Counted from the first letter of the stretch, positions 33,043 to 41,700 are shown. The stretch: 64,000 nt of DNA from Candidatus Dormiibacterota bacterium (GCA_003142035.1 PLOF01000050.1:191-64190); one strand, 5' to 3'. Numbers and translations: made by a program. Notes: generated by a model not told the origin, from the sequence alone.

Positions 33043-33644
33043 GGGCGCCAAGGGGCACGGCGCGAGCGCTCGGGGCGCTGGCGCTGGTGGCCCTGACCGG
33101 CGGCTGCGGGGGGACCGGCGGCACGACGACCCTGGCCGGGGATCCGAGCAGCTACCTGATCACCCTCAGCCAGCTCCCCACCCCGGACTTCATCGTCTAC
33201 CAGGCGGTGAAACAGGTGGGACCGGGCTGGCTGGACGAGGCCAGCTCAACCGCGGTGCGGAGGGACGGGCTGGTGCGAGCGGTGGCCGTCGAGTACTACC
33301 GCAACGTGTCGTTCAGCACCAGCAACGGCGCGATCACGCTCACGGTGGCGGTCGCCTCCTTCGCGACAACGACCGGAGCGGCGGCCGCCATGCTCCACCT
33401 CGACACCGCCCTGGATGCCCGCGCCGGTGCGAAGCCCGTCTCCACCGGCCCACTGGGCGAGGGTGGGCACGCCACCACCACCCCGGGAACCGTGGAGGGC
33501 GTCGGAGCCCTCCAGATCATCGTGGTGTGGCGGGTCGACAACCTGATCAACAGTCTGGTGGCGGAGGGACGGCTCGGTGGTCTCCAGCTCGACCAGATCC
33601 TCCCCATCGCCGCGGCCCAGACGGCCAACGAGCGCGCCGGTTGA
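33039..33644 (+). CDS. Lipoprotein, function unknown
   Basis: Lipobox LVALTGGC. ATGA overlap with the permease stop. Confidence 0.7.
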   Translation: MRAPRGTARALGALALVALTGGCGGTGGTTTLAGDPSSYLITLSQLPTPDFIVYQAVKQVGPGWLDEASSTAVRRDGLVRAVAVEYYRNVSFSTSNGAITLTVAVASFATTTGAAAAMLHLDTALDARAGAKPVSTGPLGEGGHATTTPGTVEGVGALQIIVVWRVDNLINSLVAEGRLGGLQLDQILPIAAAQTANERAG

Positions 33645-33650
33645 GCCGTG

Positions 33651-35459
33651 TCAGGCGATCCGGATACCGGTGCCGGCCCCGAGCGGCCGGCCCTCGCGCA
33701 GAAGTCGAAGGATCTCGTCGGCCGGCACCGGGGGTGAGAAGAGGAAGCCCTGGTAGGCGTCCAGGCCCTGGGGCTGCAGGCGGCTGAGCTGTTCCTCCGT
33801 CTCGACGCCCTCGGCGATCACCCGCAGACCGAGGTTGCGGCCCAGGGTCACCACGGCGTGGATCAGGGCCCCGGGGTCCGGGGCGGGATTCGCCTCGTCC
33901 TCGAGGAGGAGGCTGCGGTCGATCTTGATCGTGCTGACCGCCAGGTGGTGGAGCTTGCCGATGTTGGAGTAGCCAGTCCCGAAGTCGTCCAGCGAGATGG
34001 TCACGCCCCGGCGCGAGAGCTCACCGAGCACATCGGCGGCCGCATGGGGATCGACCATGGCCGCCGAATCGGTGACCTCCAGCTCGAGCAGATGGGCCGG
34101 GAGCCCGCTCTCTTCCAGGCACTCGAGCACGGCCGCGACGAGGCTGCGGTCAGTCAGCTGGTAGGCCGAGACGTTGACCGCAACCCGAACGTCTCCCCGC
34201 CCGTCCGACCGCCACTGAGCCGCATGCCGGACCGCGCTCCGCAGGACGAACCGACCGATCTCCGTGATGACTCCGATCTCCTCGGCGATGGGGATGAACC
34301 GGATGGGGGGAACCTCCCCGAGCACCGGGTGATGCCAGCGGGCGAGCGCCTCGAGACCAACGATGCGGTGAGAGACGGCATCGACCTCCGGCTGGTAGGC
34401 GACGCTGAGCTCCCCCCGCTCCAGGGCGAGGGGGAGCTGCTGCTCGATGAGGAGCCGGCCCTCGGCCTCCTGTGAGAGGGCGAGCTCAAAGCGGGCCATG
34501 TGCTCGGTCGAGGTGCGCCCGGCGTGCTGCGCGATGGCGGCGTACCGCATCAACGTGGCGGGATGGTCGCCATCGGACGGTGCCAGAGCGATCCCGATCG
34601 CGGCGCTCAGCCGGAGGTCGGCGGCGAGGCCGGTGCAGGGGGCCGCGACGGCCGCCACGATGGAGCGCGCCATGTGGACGGCCTCCTCGGGGAAGACCAG
34701 GCCGGGAAGGAGGACGGCGAACTCGTCGTCCGACCAGCGCGCGACCAACCACGCGCTCATCGGTTCGGACGCGCCGGCAGGCAGCGGGAGCGACGGTGTG
34801 CGCCCCGCGGCGGCTCCGACGCAGTCCGAGACTCGTTCCGCCATCTCGGCGACCAGCTGGTCCCCCGCATCCTGGCCGAGGGTCTCGACCACAGTGCGCA
34901 GCCGGTCGAGCGCCACCAGGAGGACGCCGGTCGAGCGTCCCGAGCGACGCCCGGCGCTCAACTCGCTGCCGAGCCGCCAGCGGAAGGTGGAGGCGTTGGG
35001 AAGTCCGGTGAGGCGATCGTGCGAGGCGTCGAAGTCCCTCTCGGCGGCCAGGTGGTCGCGTTCCTCGGTCCACCGGGTCACGTCGACCCCCACGGAGGTG
35101 ACGGAGGACGGCCGGCCGTCCTCGCCGAGGCTCGGTGTGGCCGACCAAGCCACGATCCGCACCCGCCCATCGCTGGTTCGGAGCGGCGCCTCGACGGTGG
35201 CGGTATCGTCCTTACCGGTCACGGCTCGATCGAAGGCTCGGACCACGCGGCGCCGGTGCTCGGGAGCGATCAGCACCTCGTGCCAGAGACGGCCGCTCAG
35301 GTCGCTCCAGCGCCACCCTCCGAGGGCGAGCAGGTCGCCGTTGGCGAAGGCGAGGCGACCGTCAGCATCGGTGATCATGGCCAGGACGATCTGCCGCCCC
35401 GAGGCTCTCTGGTCCCGACCTCCCGTTTCCAGGCGGCAGCGCGGTCCCTTGGCAAGCAT
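33651..35459 (-). CDS. PAS, degenerate GGDEF and EAL protein
   Basis: The GGDEF-domain signature reads SDDEF. The EAL domain looks intact (EALARW, ELEVTD, DDFGTGYS, EGVE, QGF). Trimmed to ATG 35459. Confidence 0.88.
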   Translation of the reverse strand: MLAKGPRCRLETGGRDQRASGRQIVLAMITDADGRLAFANGDLLALGGWRWSDLSGRLWHEVLIAPEHRRRVVRAFDRAVTGKDDTATVEAPLRTSDGRVRIVAWSATPSLGEDGRPSSVTSVGVDVTRWTEERDHLAAERDFDASHDRLTGLPNASTFRWRLGSELSAGRRSGRSTGVLLVALDRLRTVVETLGQDAGDQLVAEMAERVSDCVGAAAGRTPSLPLPAGASEPMSAWLVARWSDDEFAVLLPGLVFPEEAVHMARSIVAAVAAPCTGLAADLRLSAAIGIALAPSDGDHPATLMRYAAIAQHAGRTSTEHMARFELALSQEAEGRLLIEQQLPLALERGELSVAYQPEVDAVSHRIVGLEALARWHHPVLGEVPPIRFIPIAEEIGVITEIGRFVLRSAVRHAAQWRSDGRGDVRVAVNVSAYQLTDRSLVAAVLECLEESGLPAHLLELEVTDSAAMVDPHAAADVLGELSRRGVTISLDDFGTGYSNIGKLHHLAVSTIKIDRSLLLEDEANPAPDPGALIHAVVTLGRNLGLRVIAEGVETEEQLSRLQPQGLDAYQGFLFSPPVPADEILRLLREGRPLGAGTGIRIA

Positions 35460-35715
35460 CCGGTGGCGACCTCTTGAATCACGCCGACCCCCGGGCATCC
35501 CCCCCGGAGCAACGGCGGCTATGGTCGCCCGAAGGGATGGGAATGAAAGACGCTTTCAGCCAGCCTGGGACGCTCAAGAGACAACAACGTCATCGTCACA
35601 CGACCCCACCCTCCCGGTGTGACGGCGGGCGGCCCGGAAGAGCCTTATCACGACTGAGAAGAGGCGCCGCGACGGTGTGCTGGAGGACCGGAGCGGATCA
35701 GACGCATCGCTCGCG

Positions 35716-35862
35716 TTCACGACTTCACACGAACCCCGTTACCCGCCCGTCGCCGCTTCGGCGGGGGCTTCGTCAGATCACTCCCCCTAGCCTGCCCATT
35801 GCCGTCTAGTGCATTTGACCTATCTGGCTAGAGCGGTCAGAGACTTTGAAGGAATGAAGATC
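35716..35862 (+). promoter_or_regulatory. Conserved upstream module, copy A (candidate promoter/operator of TasA-like gene 1)
   Basis: Aligns with 36611..36762. The invariant 16-mer CGTCTAGTGCATTTGA lies at 35803-35818. CCGTTACCCG at 35736-35745 and GGCTTCGT.AGATC are also shared. Confidence 0.55.
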
Positions 35863-36519
35863 ATGGAACGGAAGAGCAGACGATCGCTTCGAGTGGCCCT
35901 GGTGCTGGGCGCCGCCGTGGCCGGCACCGCCCTGGTCGGCTGGGGCGGGTTGGCGGCATGGAGTGCCTACACCGAGAACGCCGGCAACAGCGTCGCGGCC
36001 GGCACTCTCGCGCACAACAACTACGTCAGCTCCAACTGCGCGTCGGTCATCGGAGTGGCCCCGGTTGGCACCGGCCCCGGCTGGTGCTCCGTCCTGATCA
36101 CGGTCAACGGAGCTGACGCCGTGAACGGGAAGCTTCCCGCCACAGGCGTCGTCAAGATCGACAACACGGGCACCCTCTCAAGCACCTTTCAGATGAGCAT
36201 GCCGTCAGCCCCGGTCAGCTCTGGCGGAACCATCTGCGCGGACCTCACCCTCGCGGTCTCCGACCCCGACGCCGGGGCCCCGGGAACCCCCTACGCCGCA
36301 ACCGCGCTGACCAGCACGATGGGGCCGACCACGATCGACAACAATGCGAGCACTCCGAGCGCGACCTGGTCGCCCAACGGCACGGCCGGCACGGGCACCG
36401 GCGCGACGGGCAACACCTTCACCTTCACCGTGGCCGCCCTGACCAGCTTCGGAAACAACTACGCGGACGCCGGACAGAGCTGCACCTTCAGCATTCTCTT
36501 CACCCAGACGGCCGCCTAA
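35863..36519 (+). CDS. TasA/camelysin-like secreted protein with a SipW-type signal peptide, paralog 1
   Basis: N-terminus RRSLRVALVLGAAVAGTALVGWGGLAAWSAYTENAGNSVAAGTL parallels B. subtilis TasA (..GGGTWAAFND..FASGTL). The C-terminal CTFSILFTQT parallels TasA LQFSFEATQ. The start was set by homology with paralog 2. Confidence 0.8.
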   Translation: MERKSRRSLRVALVLGAAVAGTALVGWGGLAAWSAYTENAGNSVAAGTLAHNNYVSSNCASVIGVAPVGTGPGWCSVLITVNGADAVNGKLPATGVVKIDNTGTLSSTFQMSMPSAPVSSGGTICADLTLAVSDPDAGAPGTPYAATALTSTMGPTTIDNNASTPSATWSPNGTAGTGTGATGNTFTFTVAALTSFGNNYADAGQSCTFSILFTQTAA

Positions 36520-36534
36520 CCCACGCCTTGATCC

Positions 36535-36575
36535 GGAAGGCCGGGGCAGGATCTCCTGCCCCGGCCTTCCCTTTG
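36535..36575 (+). terminator. 16-bp perfect hairpin after TasA-like gene 1
   Basis: ggaaggccggggcagg-atct-cctgccccggccttcc followed by cttt. Confidence 0.65.
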
Positions 36576-36610
36576 CCCGTGGACGATAACGCGGCATACG
36601 GAGCGATCAG

Positions 36611-36762
36611 TTCACCACTTCCACCGAACACCGTTACCCGGCTGTGGCGGTATCGGACGAGGCTTCGTGAGATCGACCCCCCTAGGCTGCACCAGTAGCG
36701 TCTAGTGCATTTGAACTAGCTGCACCGAAAGACCAGAAGGCACAAATAGGGAACTGAAGATC
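36611..36762 (+). promoter_or_regulatory. Conserved upstream module, copy B (candidate promoter/operator of TasA-like gene 2)
   Basis: Homologous to 35716..35862. The invariant 16-mer lies at 36699-36714 and CCGTTACCCG at 36631-36640. Confidence 0.55.
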
Positions 36763-37365
36763 ATGGAACAGCACAAGAGCAGGCGATCCGTCCGGCTAGC
36801 CCTGGTCCTGGGCGCGGCCGTGGCGGGCACGGCCCTGGTCGGGTGGGGCGGCTTGGCCGCATGGCAGGCCTACACGCAGAACGCCGGTAACGCCTTCACG
36901 GTGGGGACCATCTCGCACACCAACGCAGTGGGTTCGCAAACCGCCTGCAACTCGACCCTCTCGTCCACCACCCCAGGTGCGTGCTCCATCATCGTCACCA
37001 ACGCGGCCCTGACGTCGGACTTCACCTCGATCAGCCAGACGGTGACCATCACCGACACCGGCTCGCTGGGCAGCACGTTCTTGATGTCGATGCCCGCGCC
37101 CGGCAGCAGCGAGCTCTGCAAGGATCTCGCCCTGACGGTCACCGACAGCGAGACATCGCCCGTCAACGTCTACCCGGCGACGGCGCTCACCGCGGCCATG
37201 AGCCCCACCGCACTGAAGACCAGTGGCGGCGCCAGCACCTGGGCGAACGGCAACGCCGACACCTTCACGTTCCTGATCACCCCCATCAACGGTTACGCCA
37301 CCGACGACGCCGTCCTGGGCGCGAGCTGCAGCTTCACCATCAACTTCACCCAGGCCAGCACCTAA
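36763..37365 (+). CDS. TasA/camelysin-like secreted protein, paralog 2
   Basis: Signal region nearly identical to paralog 1 (..LVGWGGLAAWQAYTQNAGNAFTVGTI). C-terminal CSFTINFTQ. Confidence 0.8.
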   Translation: MEQHKSRRSVRLALVLGAAVAGTALVGWGGLAAWQAYTQNAGNAFTVGTISHTNAVGSQTACNSTLSSTTPGACSIIVTNAALTSDFTSISQTVTITDTGSLGSTFLMSMPAPGSSELCKDLALTVTDSETSPVNVYPATALTAAMSPTALKTSGGASTWANGNADTFTFLITPINGYATDDAVLGASCSFTINFTQAST

Positions 37366-37386
37366 CCCCCAGCCATGATCTGAGGG

Positions 37387-37420
37387 GGGCCGGGAAGAGC
37401 GCCTTCCCGGTCCCTTTCTC
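37387..37420 (+). terminator. Hairpin after TasA-like gene 2
   Basis: ccgggaag-agcgc-cttcccgg with flanking G:C extension, followed by ctttctc. Confidence 0.45.
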
Positions 37421-37538
37421 CCCCACCCAGGCAACCAGGGCGAGCGCGGCGCCGCCCTTCCCCAACAGCGCCGCTGCCGCCTCTCCTCCGTCAGACCGGA
37501 GGCGGTGACGCCCACCACAGCAGTCTTGGAGGTTCCCC

Positions 37539-38162
37539 ATGTCCATCGAGCGGAAGACGTCCGACCGCAGGAAGCTGCGGGCCGGGATGGTCTTTGTCCT
37601 GGTTGTCGCCGGCACCGCCATGATCGGATGGGGTGGGTTGGCGGCATGGCAGGCGGTGACCGCGAACGACGGAAGCAGCTTCGCCACTGGCGGCGTACAC
37701 ATGCAGAACGTGGCCACAATCAGCTACCCCAACGGCCAGACACCGGTCACCTGCACTGAGCAGGTCTCCTCTGGAAACTGCGGCGCGATCTTTGCCGTCA
37801 CCGGCGCCGCTCCGGGATTCTCAGCATCGGTGGGCACGGTGCAGATCACCAACACCGGAGCCCTGCCGTCCACCTTTGCCCTCAGCCTCGGGTCGGCGGT
37901 CACGAGCGGTGCCGGCAGCACCCTCTGCGGTGACCTGACGCTCACCATCACCGACTCGACAGGGGCCTCTGTGTACAACGGCGCGCTGACCAACTTGGGC
38001 ACCACGCCGAACCTCTTCAAGGCGACGGGCTCCCCCTCTACCACCTGGAACCAGAACGACACCAACACCTTCACCTTCAACCTGGCGCTGCCCGGCAGCA
38101 CGAGCACCGACCAGGATTCCACCTGCACCGCTGACTTCACCTGGACCCAGACGCAGGCGTAA
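37539..38162 (+). CDS. TasA/camelysin-like secreted protein, paralog 3
   Basis: MIGWGGLAAWQAVTANDGSSFATGGV signal-type N-terminus and C-terminal CTADFTWTQTQ. Confidence 0.8.
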   Translation: MSIERKTSDRRKLRAGMVFVLVVAGTAMIGWGGLAAWQAVTANDGSSFATGGVHMQNVATISYPNGQTPVTCTEQVSSGNCGAIFAVTGAAPGFSASVGTVQITNTGALPSTFALSLGSAVTSGAGSTLCGDLTLTITDSTGASVYNGALTNLGTTPNLFKATGSPSTTWNQNDTNTFTFNLALPGSTSTDQDSTCTADFTWTQTQA

Positions 38163-38223
38163 GGATCTCCCTCAACCGTCCGGAGGCGGCGGCCACCCGC
38201 CGTTCTCCCTCGCCCTCAGGGTC

Positions 38224-38262
38224 ACGACCGCCGGCCTCGGCCACCACCGAGCCGGCGGTCGT
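38224..38262 (+). terminator. Long imperfect hairpin after TasA-like gene 3
   Basis: acgaccgccggc(c)tcgg-ccaccac-cgagccggcggtcgt. No U-tract. Confidence 0.4.
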
Positions 38263-38401
38263 CGCATATCCGGCGCTGCCCACGTCCCGCAACCGATTCG
38301 TTGCGCCCCGTTGCACGAGGCGTCGCCCAGGCGGGCCGACAATTGGCCGGGCGGCTCAAACCGCCTTTGATGGTGCGCGGAAGCAGCAGGGGAATTCGCT
38401 A

Positions 38402-39694
38402 GTGGGCAACGTGAGGGTGACGCTCCCCGAGGAGCTGCACGACCTGGTCAGGGACGTCGTGGCGGATCTCGAGTCCGCCACCGACAGCCTCGACCTGGGC
38501 GGTGTCCGGCCTGCCCAGCGCGCCCCCCGGCCAGAACGCCGTCATCTCCGACAGGCGACGATCCTCCGGATGCCCGAGCCGCTGGTGCCGGCGCCGCCAC
38601 CGGCCGCACCTGCGACCTCGGTGCCCCTCCCCCCTCCCACAACCCCCGTGGCCGTCGAGAGCTCGGTCCCGGCCCTCCCCGCCGCTCCGCGCCGGCGGGC
38701 CTTCCTGGCCCGGCTGGATATCGCCTCGACCGTCCCCAACGTCGCCCTGCCGGTCCGGACTCGCCGCCTCCAGGTGGCCTGCCGGCGTGCCTCTCCACTC
38801 GACGCCACCCGCATCTCCCGGATGCTGCGGGTGGCGGTACCGGCGATCCCGGTGGCCCCGGCCGCGCTCACGTCGCCGCCCGCCTGGCTGCTCGCCGCCA
38901 TGGCACCGTCCATCCCCGCCCCCCTCGCCGAGGTGCCGGCCGTCGCGCACCCGAACCCTGCCAGCGTCATCCTCGCCGGGCGGTCGTCCCCGACCCTGAC
39001 CGAGGTGAATGCCTCGCCCGCGGCCGCCACCACGGTGCCGGACATTCCCGTCGCGGTCACCACCGTGGCGGCCCCTCTCCCGGTCAGCGTTCCGGCCACC
39101 CTCCCGGCGCTCCCGATGGAGGAGCGCCTCCCGGTCTGGCGGGCCGCCGGCGGCCACGTCGTCAACCTCCTGATCGCCGCGGCCCTGGGGCTGGTGGCGA
39201 TCTTCTGCGCGATCGTGGTCGGGCTCGTCGTCACCGGGCACCACCTGGAGGAGGTGGTCACCGGGAGCATGCAGCCGATCATCCCGATCGGTTCGCTGGT
39301 CGTGACTGAGAACCTGCCGGCGGGCCAGCTCCAGGTCGGGGACATCATGGTGTTCCCCAACCCCAACGACACCAAGCTCACCATCGTTCACCGCATCGTC
39401 TGGCTGAGCCACGACCAGAGCGGCGACGTGCTGGTGCGGACCAAGGGTGACTACAACGCCCTGCCCGACGACTGGACCCTGAAGCGGGCGGCGAACGCCG
39501 AAGCCGACAGGGTCATCGAGATCCTCCCCGGTGCCGGGACGGCCGCCGGTTACCTTCAGACGATCGGCTTCGCCGGTCTGGTGCTGCTGATCGCAGGGGT
39601 GATCGTCTACTACGGCGTGCGCAAGGTCCGCCAGATCCTCAACGAGGACGACCTCCATGAGGAGGCGATCGGTGCCCCGGAGCGGCTGACATGA
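38402..39694 (+). CDS. SipW-type (ER/archaeal-type, S26B) signal peptidase I with an N-terminal extension of about 238 aa
   Basis: Catalytic region VVTGSMQPIIP, IVHRIVW, TKGDYNALPDDW, and a C-terminal TM as in SipW. The upstream P/A/V-rich 238 codons keep high third-position GC. The minimal start would be ATG 39116. Confidence 0.8.
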   Translation: MGNVRVTLPEELHDLVRDVVADLESATDSLDLGGVRPAQRAPRPERRHLRQATILRMPEPLVPAPPPAAPATSVPLPPPTTPVAVESSVPALPAAPRRRAFLARLDIASTVPNVALPVRTRRLQVACRRASPLDATRISRMLRVAVPAIPVAPAALTSPPAWLLAAMAPSIPAPLAEVPAVAHPNPASVILAGRSSPTLTEVNASPAAATTVPDIPVAVTTVAAPLPVSVPATLPALPMEERLPVWRAAGGHVVNLLIAAALGLVAIFCAIVVGLVVTGHHLEEVVTGSMQPIIPIGSLVVTENLPAGQLQVGDIMVFPNPNDTKLTIVHRIVWLSHDQSGDVLVRTKGDYNALPDDWTLKRAANAEADRVIEILPGAGTAAGYLQTIGFAGLVLLIAGVIVYYGVRKVRQILNEDDLHEEAIGAPERLT

Positions 39695-41532
39695 GCTACG
39701 ACACCCTGGGGATGATCCGGCGCGGCTGGCAGGACGGCGTCGCCACGGTGGCTCCGCACGTCCCCGGCCTGGCCGACCTGCTGGAGCAGCGACTGGCCGA
39801 GGCCATACGTCTTGGCCGGCTCGATGAGGCAGGACTGCTCTCCATCGTGGACGCCGCGACCCAGCTGGCCGCCGACATGGGCGCCGTCGACATCGCCCCG
39901 GCGCTCAGCAAGCGGCTGCGCCGCCACGTGTACGAATACCTCCTCTCCCTCGACGCACTGAGCAGCTCCGATCGGAACGAGGCGGCGGGGCAGGCTCCTC
40001 CCCCGGAGGAGGGCGAGGCGATGGACGGCGCCGACCTGGCCAGCGGGTTTGCCGAGATGCGGCTGGCCGAGGTCGGCTCCTCGGCTCCCGCGTCCAACGG
40101 CGGCGGACCGCACCGTTTCCCGCCCATGTACCCCCTTGCCGAACCCAACCAGCCGCTCCGGGACTCCACCTATCCAGATTCCGAATCGGCGTACGCCCAC
40201 CCGGAGTCCATGTACGTCGCGCCGGAGTTCAGCTATCCGCAACCGGAATCACCGTACCCCCTTCCCGAGTCGCCGTATCCGCTCGCGGAGTTTTCCCGCT
40301 CCCTTCCCGAGTCGCTCTACCCGCCTCCCGACGCCACCTCCCCCCCGCCGGAGGAGGACGGAACCAGCGGCGCGGAGGAGGACGGCTCCCGATCGTCACC
40401 GCCTCAGTTCAGCTTTCATATCGGCGACCCGGACGACCTGCTGACGAGCCGGGCGCCGCAACAGGAACGGGGGACGGTGGCGGAAACGGCGGCGCCCTCC
40501 GGTGCGTTCGGCGCCGGCGAGGTGGAAACGCCGACGGAGGCTCCCGTGCCGGCCCGCCGCCGGGCCTCCTTCTCCGACCCCTCGACGTGGCCAAAGCCGG
40601 TGACGCCCACGCTGAAGGGGGTGCGCGATCCGCTCGCCGAGGGGCTCCGCGACGAGCTCCTCTCGCCCGACGACCTTCCGGTGTCTCCCGCCCCCGACGG
40701 AACCCGTTTCCAGAATGTGGGTCACTGGCCCGCGGCTCCCGCCGCTGAACCACCTCACCGGAGCGGGCCGCCCGACCTGGCCCGATGGTCATCTCCGTGG
40801 CCGGCCCCCGAAACGCCCCCTGCCGTCAGGCGCGAAGCGCCGATCACCAACCCGGCGCCCACCCCCGGCATCGCAGCCTTCGTGCCGGCGACCGGCCCCG
40901 CTCACCACGACGTGCGCGAGGACTGGCGGGTGGCGGCCGAGGGATGGCTCCCCGCGAGCCCCGCAACGGCAGCCGGTGCCCCCCCCTCCGAGATCGCGGC
41001 CGGCTGGTCGGTGCGGCAGCAAGACGCTGTGGAATTGCACATGGCGCCACCATCGACCGCTGGAGCACCCGCGCCAGCGGTCGATGACGTCCCGGAGCGC
41101 GATCTCGTCGCGCTCCGCGCCGGCGTGGGCGAGAAGCTGCGCAAAAAGCGGTGCGACGATGTCGCCGCGGTGCTGCAGCAGGCCGCTCAGGAGCTCGGAG
41201 GTCAGGCCGTCGCCGAGCTCGCCCTCGACGCGGGCGATCGGTGCCGGAGCCTCGGCAAGCGCAATGCGGCGCTCAACTGCTACCTGGCCGCATCGCGCGC
41301 CGACCCGATCTACGAGCCCCCCCTGGCGCGCCTGGCCGACATCTGCATCGATGACCAGGACATCGATCTGGCAGTTTCATACCTGGAACGCATCGCACGT
41401 CTCACCCGGCTGCGCGGGGACAACCACGGTGCGCTGCGGATCTACCGTAAGATCGCGACCATCGCCCCCTATCGGGACGATGTCCTCGAGATGCTGATGC
41501 GGGCCCAGACCACCGGTAGGATCGACCCGTGA
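39691..41532 (+). CDS. Repeat-rich protein with a C-terminal TPR-like domain
   Basis: ATGA overlap with the peptidase stop. Contains YPxPES-type repeats, a long P/A/E-rich linker, and C-terminal helical repeats (..NAALNCYLAASRADPIYEP..AVSYLERIA..). Confidence 0.7.
   Translation: MSYDTLGMIRRGWQDGVATVAPHVPGLADLLEQRLAEAIRLGRLDEAGLLSIVDAATQLAADMGAVDIAPALSKRLRRHVYEYLLSLDALSSSDRNEAAGQAPPPEEGEAMDGADLASGFAEMRLAEVGSSAPASNGGGPHRFPPMYPLAEPNQPLRDSTYPDSESAYAHPESMYVAPEFSYPQPESPYPLPESPYPLAEFSRSLPESLYPPPDATSPPPEEDGTSGAEEDGSRSSPPQFSFHIGDPDDLLTSRAPQQERGTVAETAAPSGAFGAGEVETPTEAPVPARRRASFSDPSTWPKPVTPTLKGVRDPLAEGLRDELLSPDDLPVSPAPDGTRFQNVGHWPAAPAAEPPHRSGPPDLARWSSPWPAPETPPAVRREAPITNPAPTPGIAAFVPATGPAHHDVREDWRVAAEGWLPASPATAAGAPPSEIAAGWSVRQQDAVELHMAPPSTAGAPAPAVDDVPERDLVALRAGVGEKLRKKRCDDVAAVLQQAAQELGGQAVAELALDAGDRCRSLGKRNAALNCYLAASRADPIYEPPLARLADICIDDQDIDLAVSYLERIARLTRLRGDNHGALRIYRKIATIAPYRDDVLEMLMRAQTTGRIDP
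40165..40332 (+). repeat. Degenerate 7-8-aa coding repeats (Y-P-x-P-E-S-x)
   Basis: STYPDSESAYAHPESMYVAPEFSYPQPESPYPLPESPYPLAEFSRSLPESLYPPPD. Confidence 0.75.
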
Positions 41533-41700
41533 GCGCGCTCGGGGGGAGTGGAGAAGGCGCACTCATCTGTTACCGGGTAGTGACATCCAGTTCGCCGGTC
41601 TCGTGCACACTCGGTCGACCGGCCTCAGCCGCACCAACCGTGTCCCGCACCGCACCCAGCCCGGGGTGATGGCGGCGCGGGGACCAGCAGAGGAAAGCAA

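Noticed and set aside
31228-33051. 607-aa minus-strand ORF opposite the FtsX-type permease
   Set aside because: Shadow ORF. The plus-strand frame has TM helices and conserved FtsX motifs.
38399-39658. 419-aa minus-strand ORF, and other frames, over the SipW-type peptidase gene
   Set aside because: The plus-strand frame carries the S26B catalytic motifs and consistently high third-position GC. The antisense product is Gly/Arg/Asp-rich.
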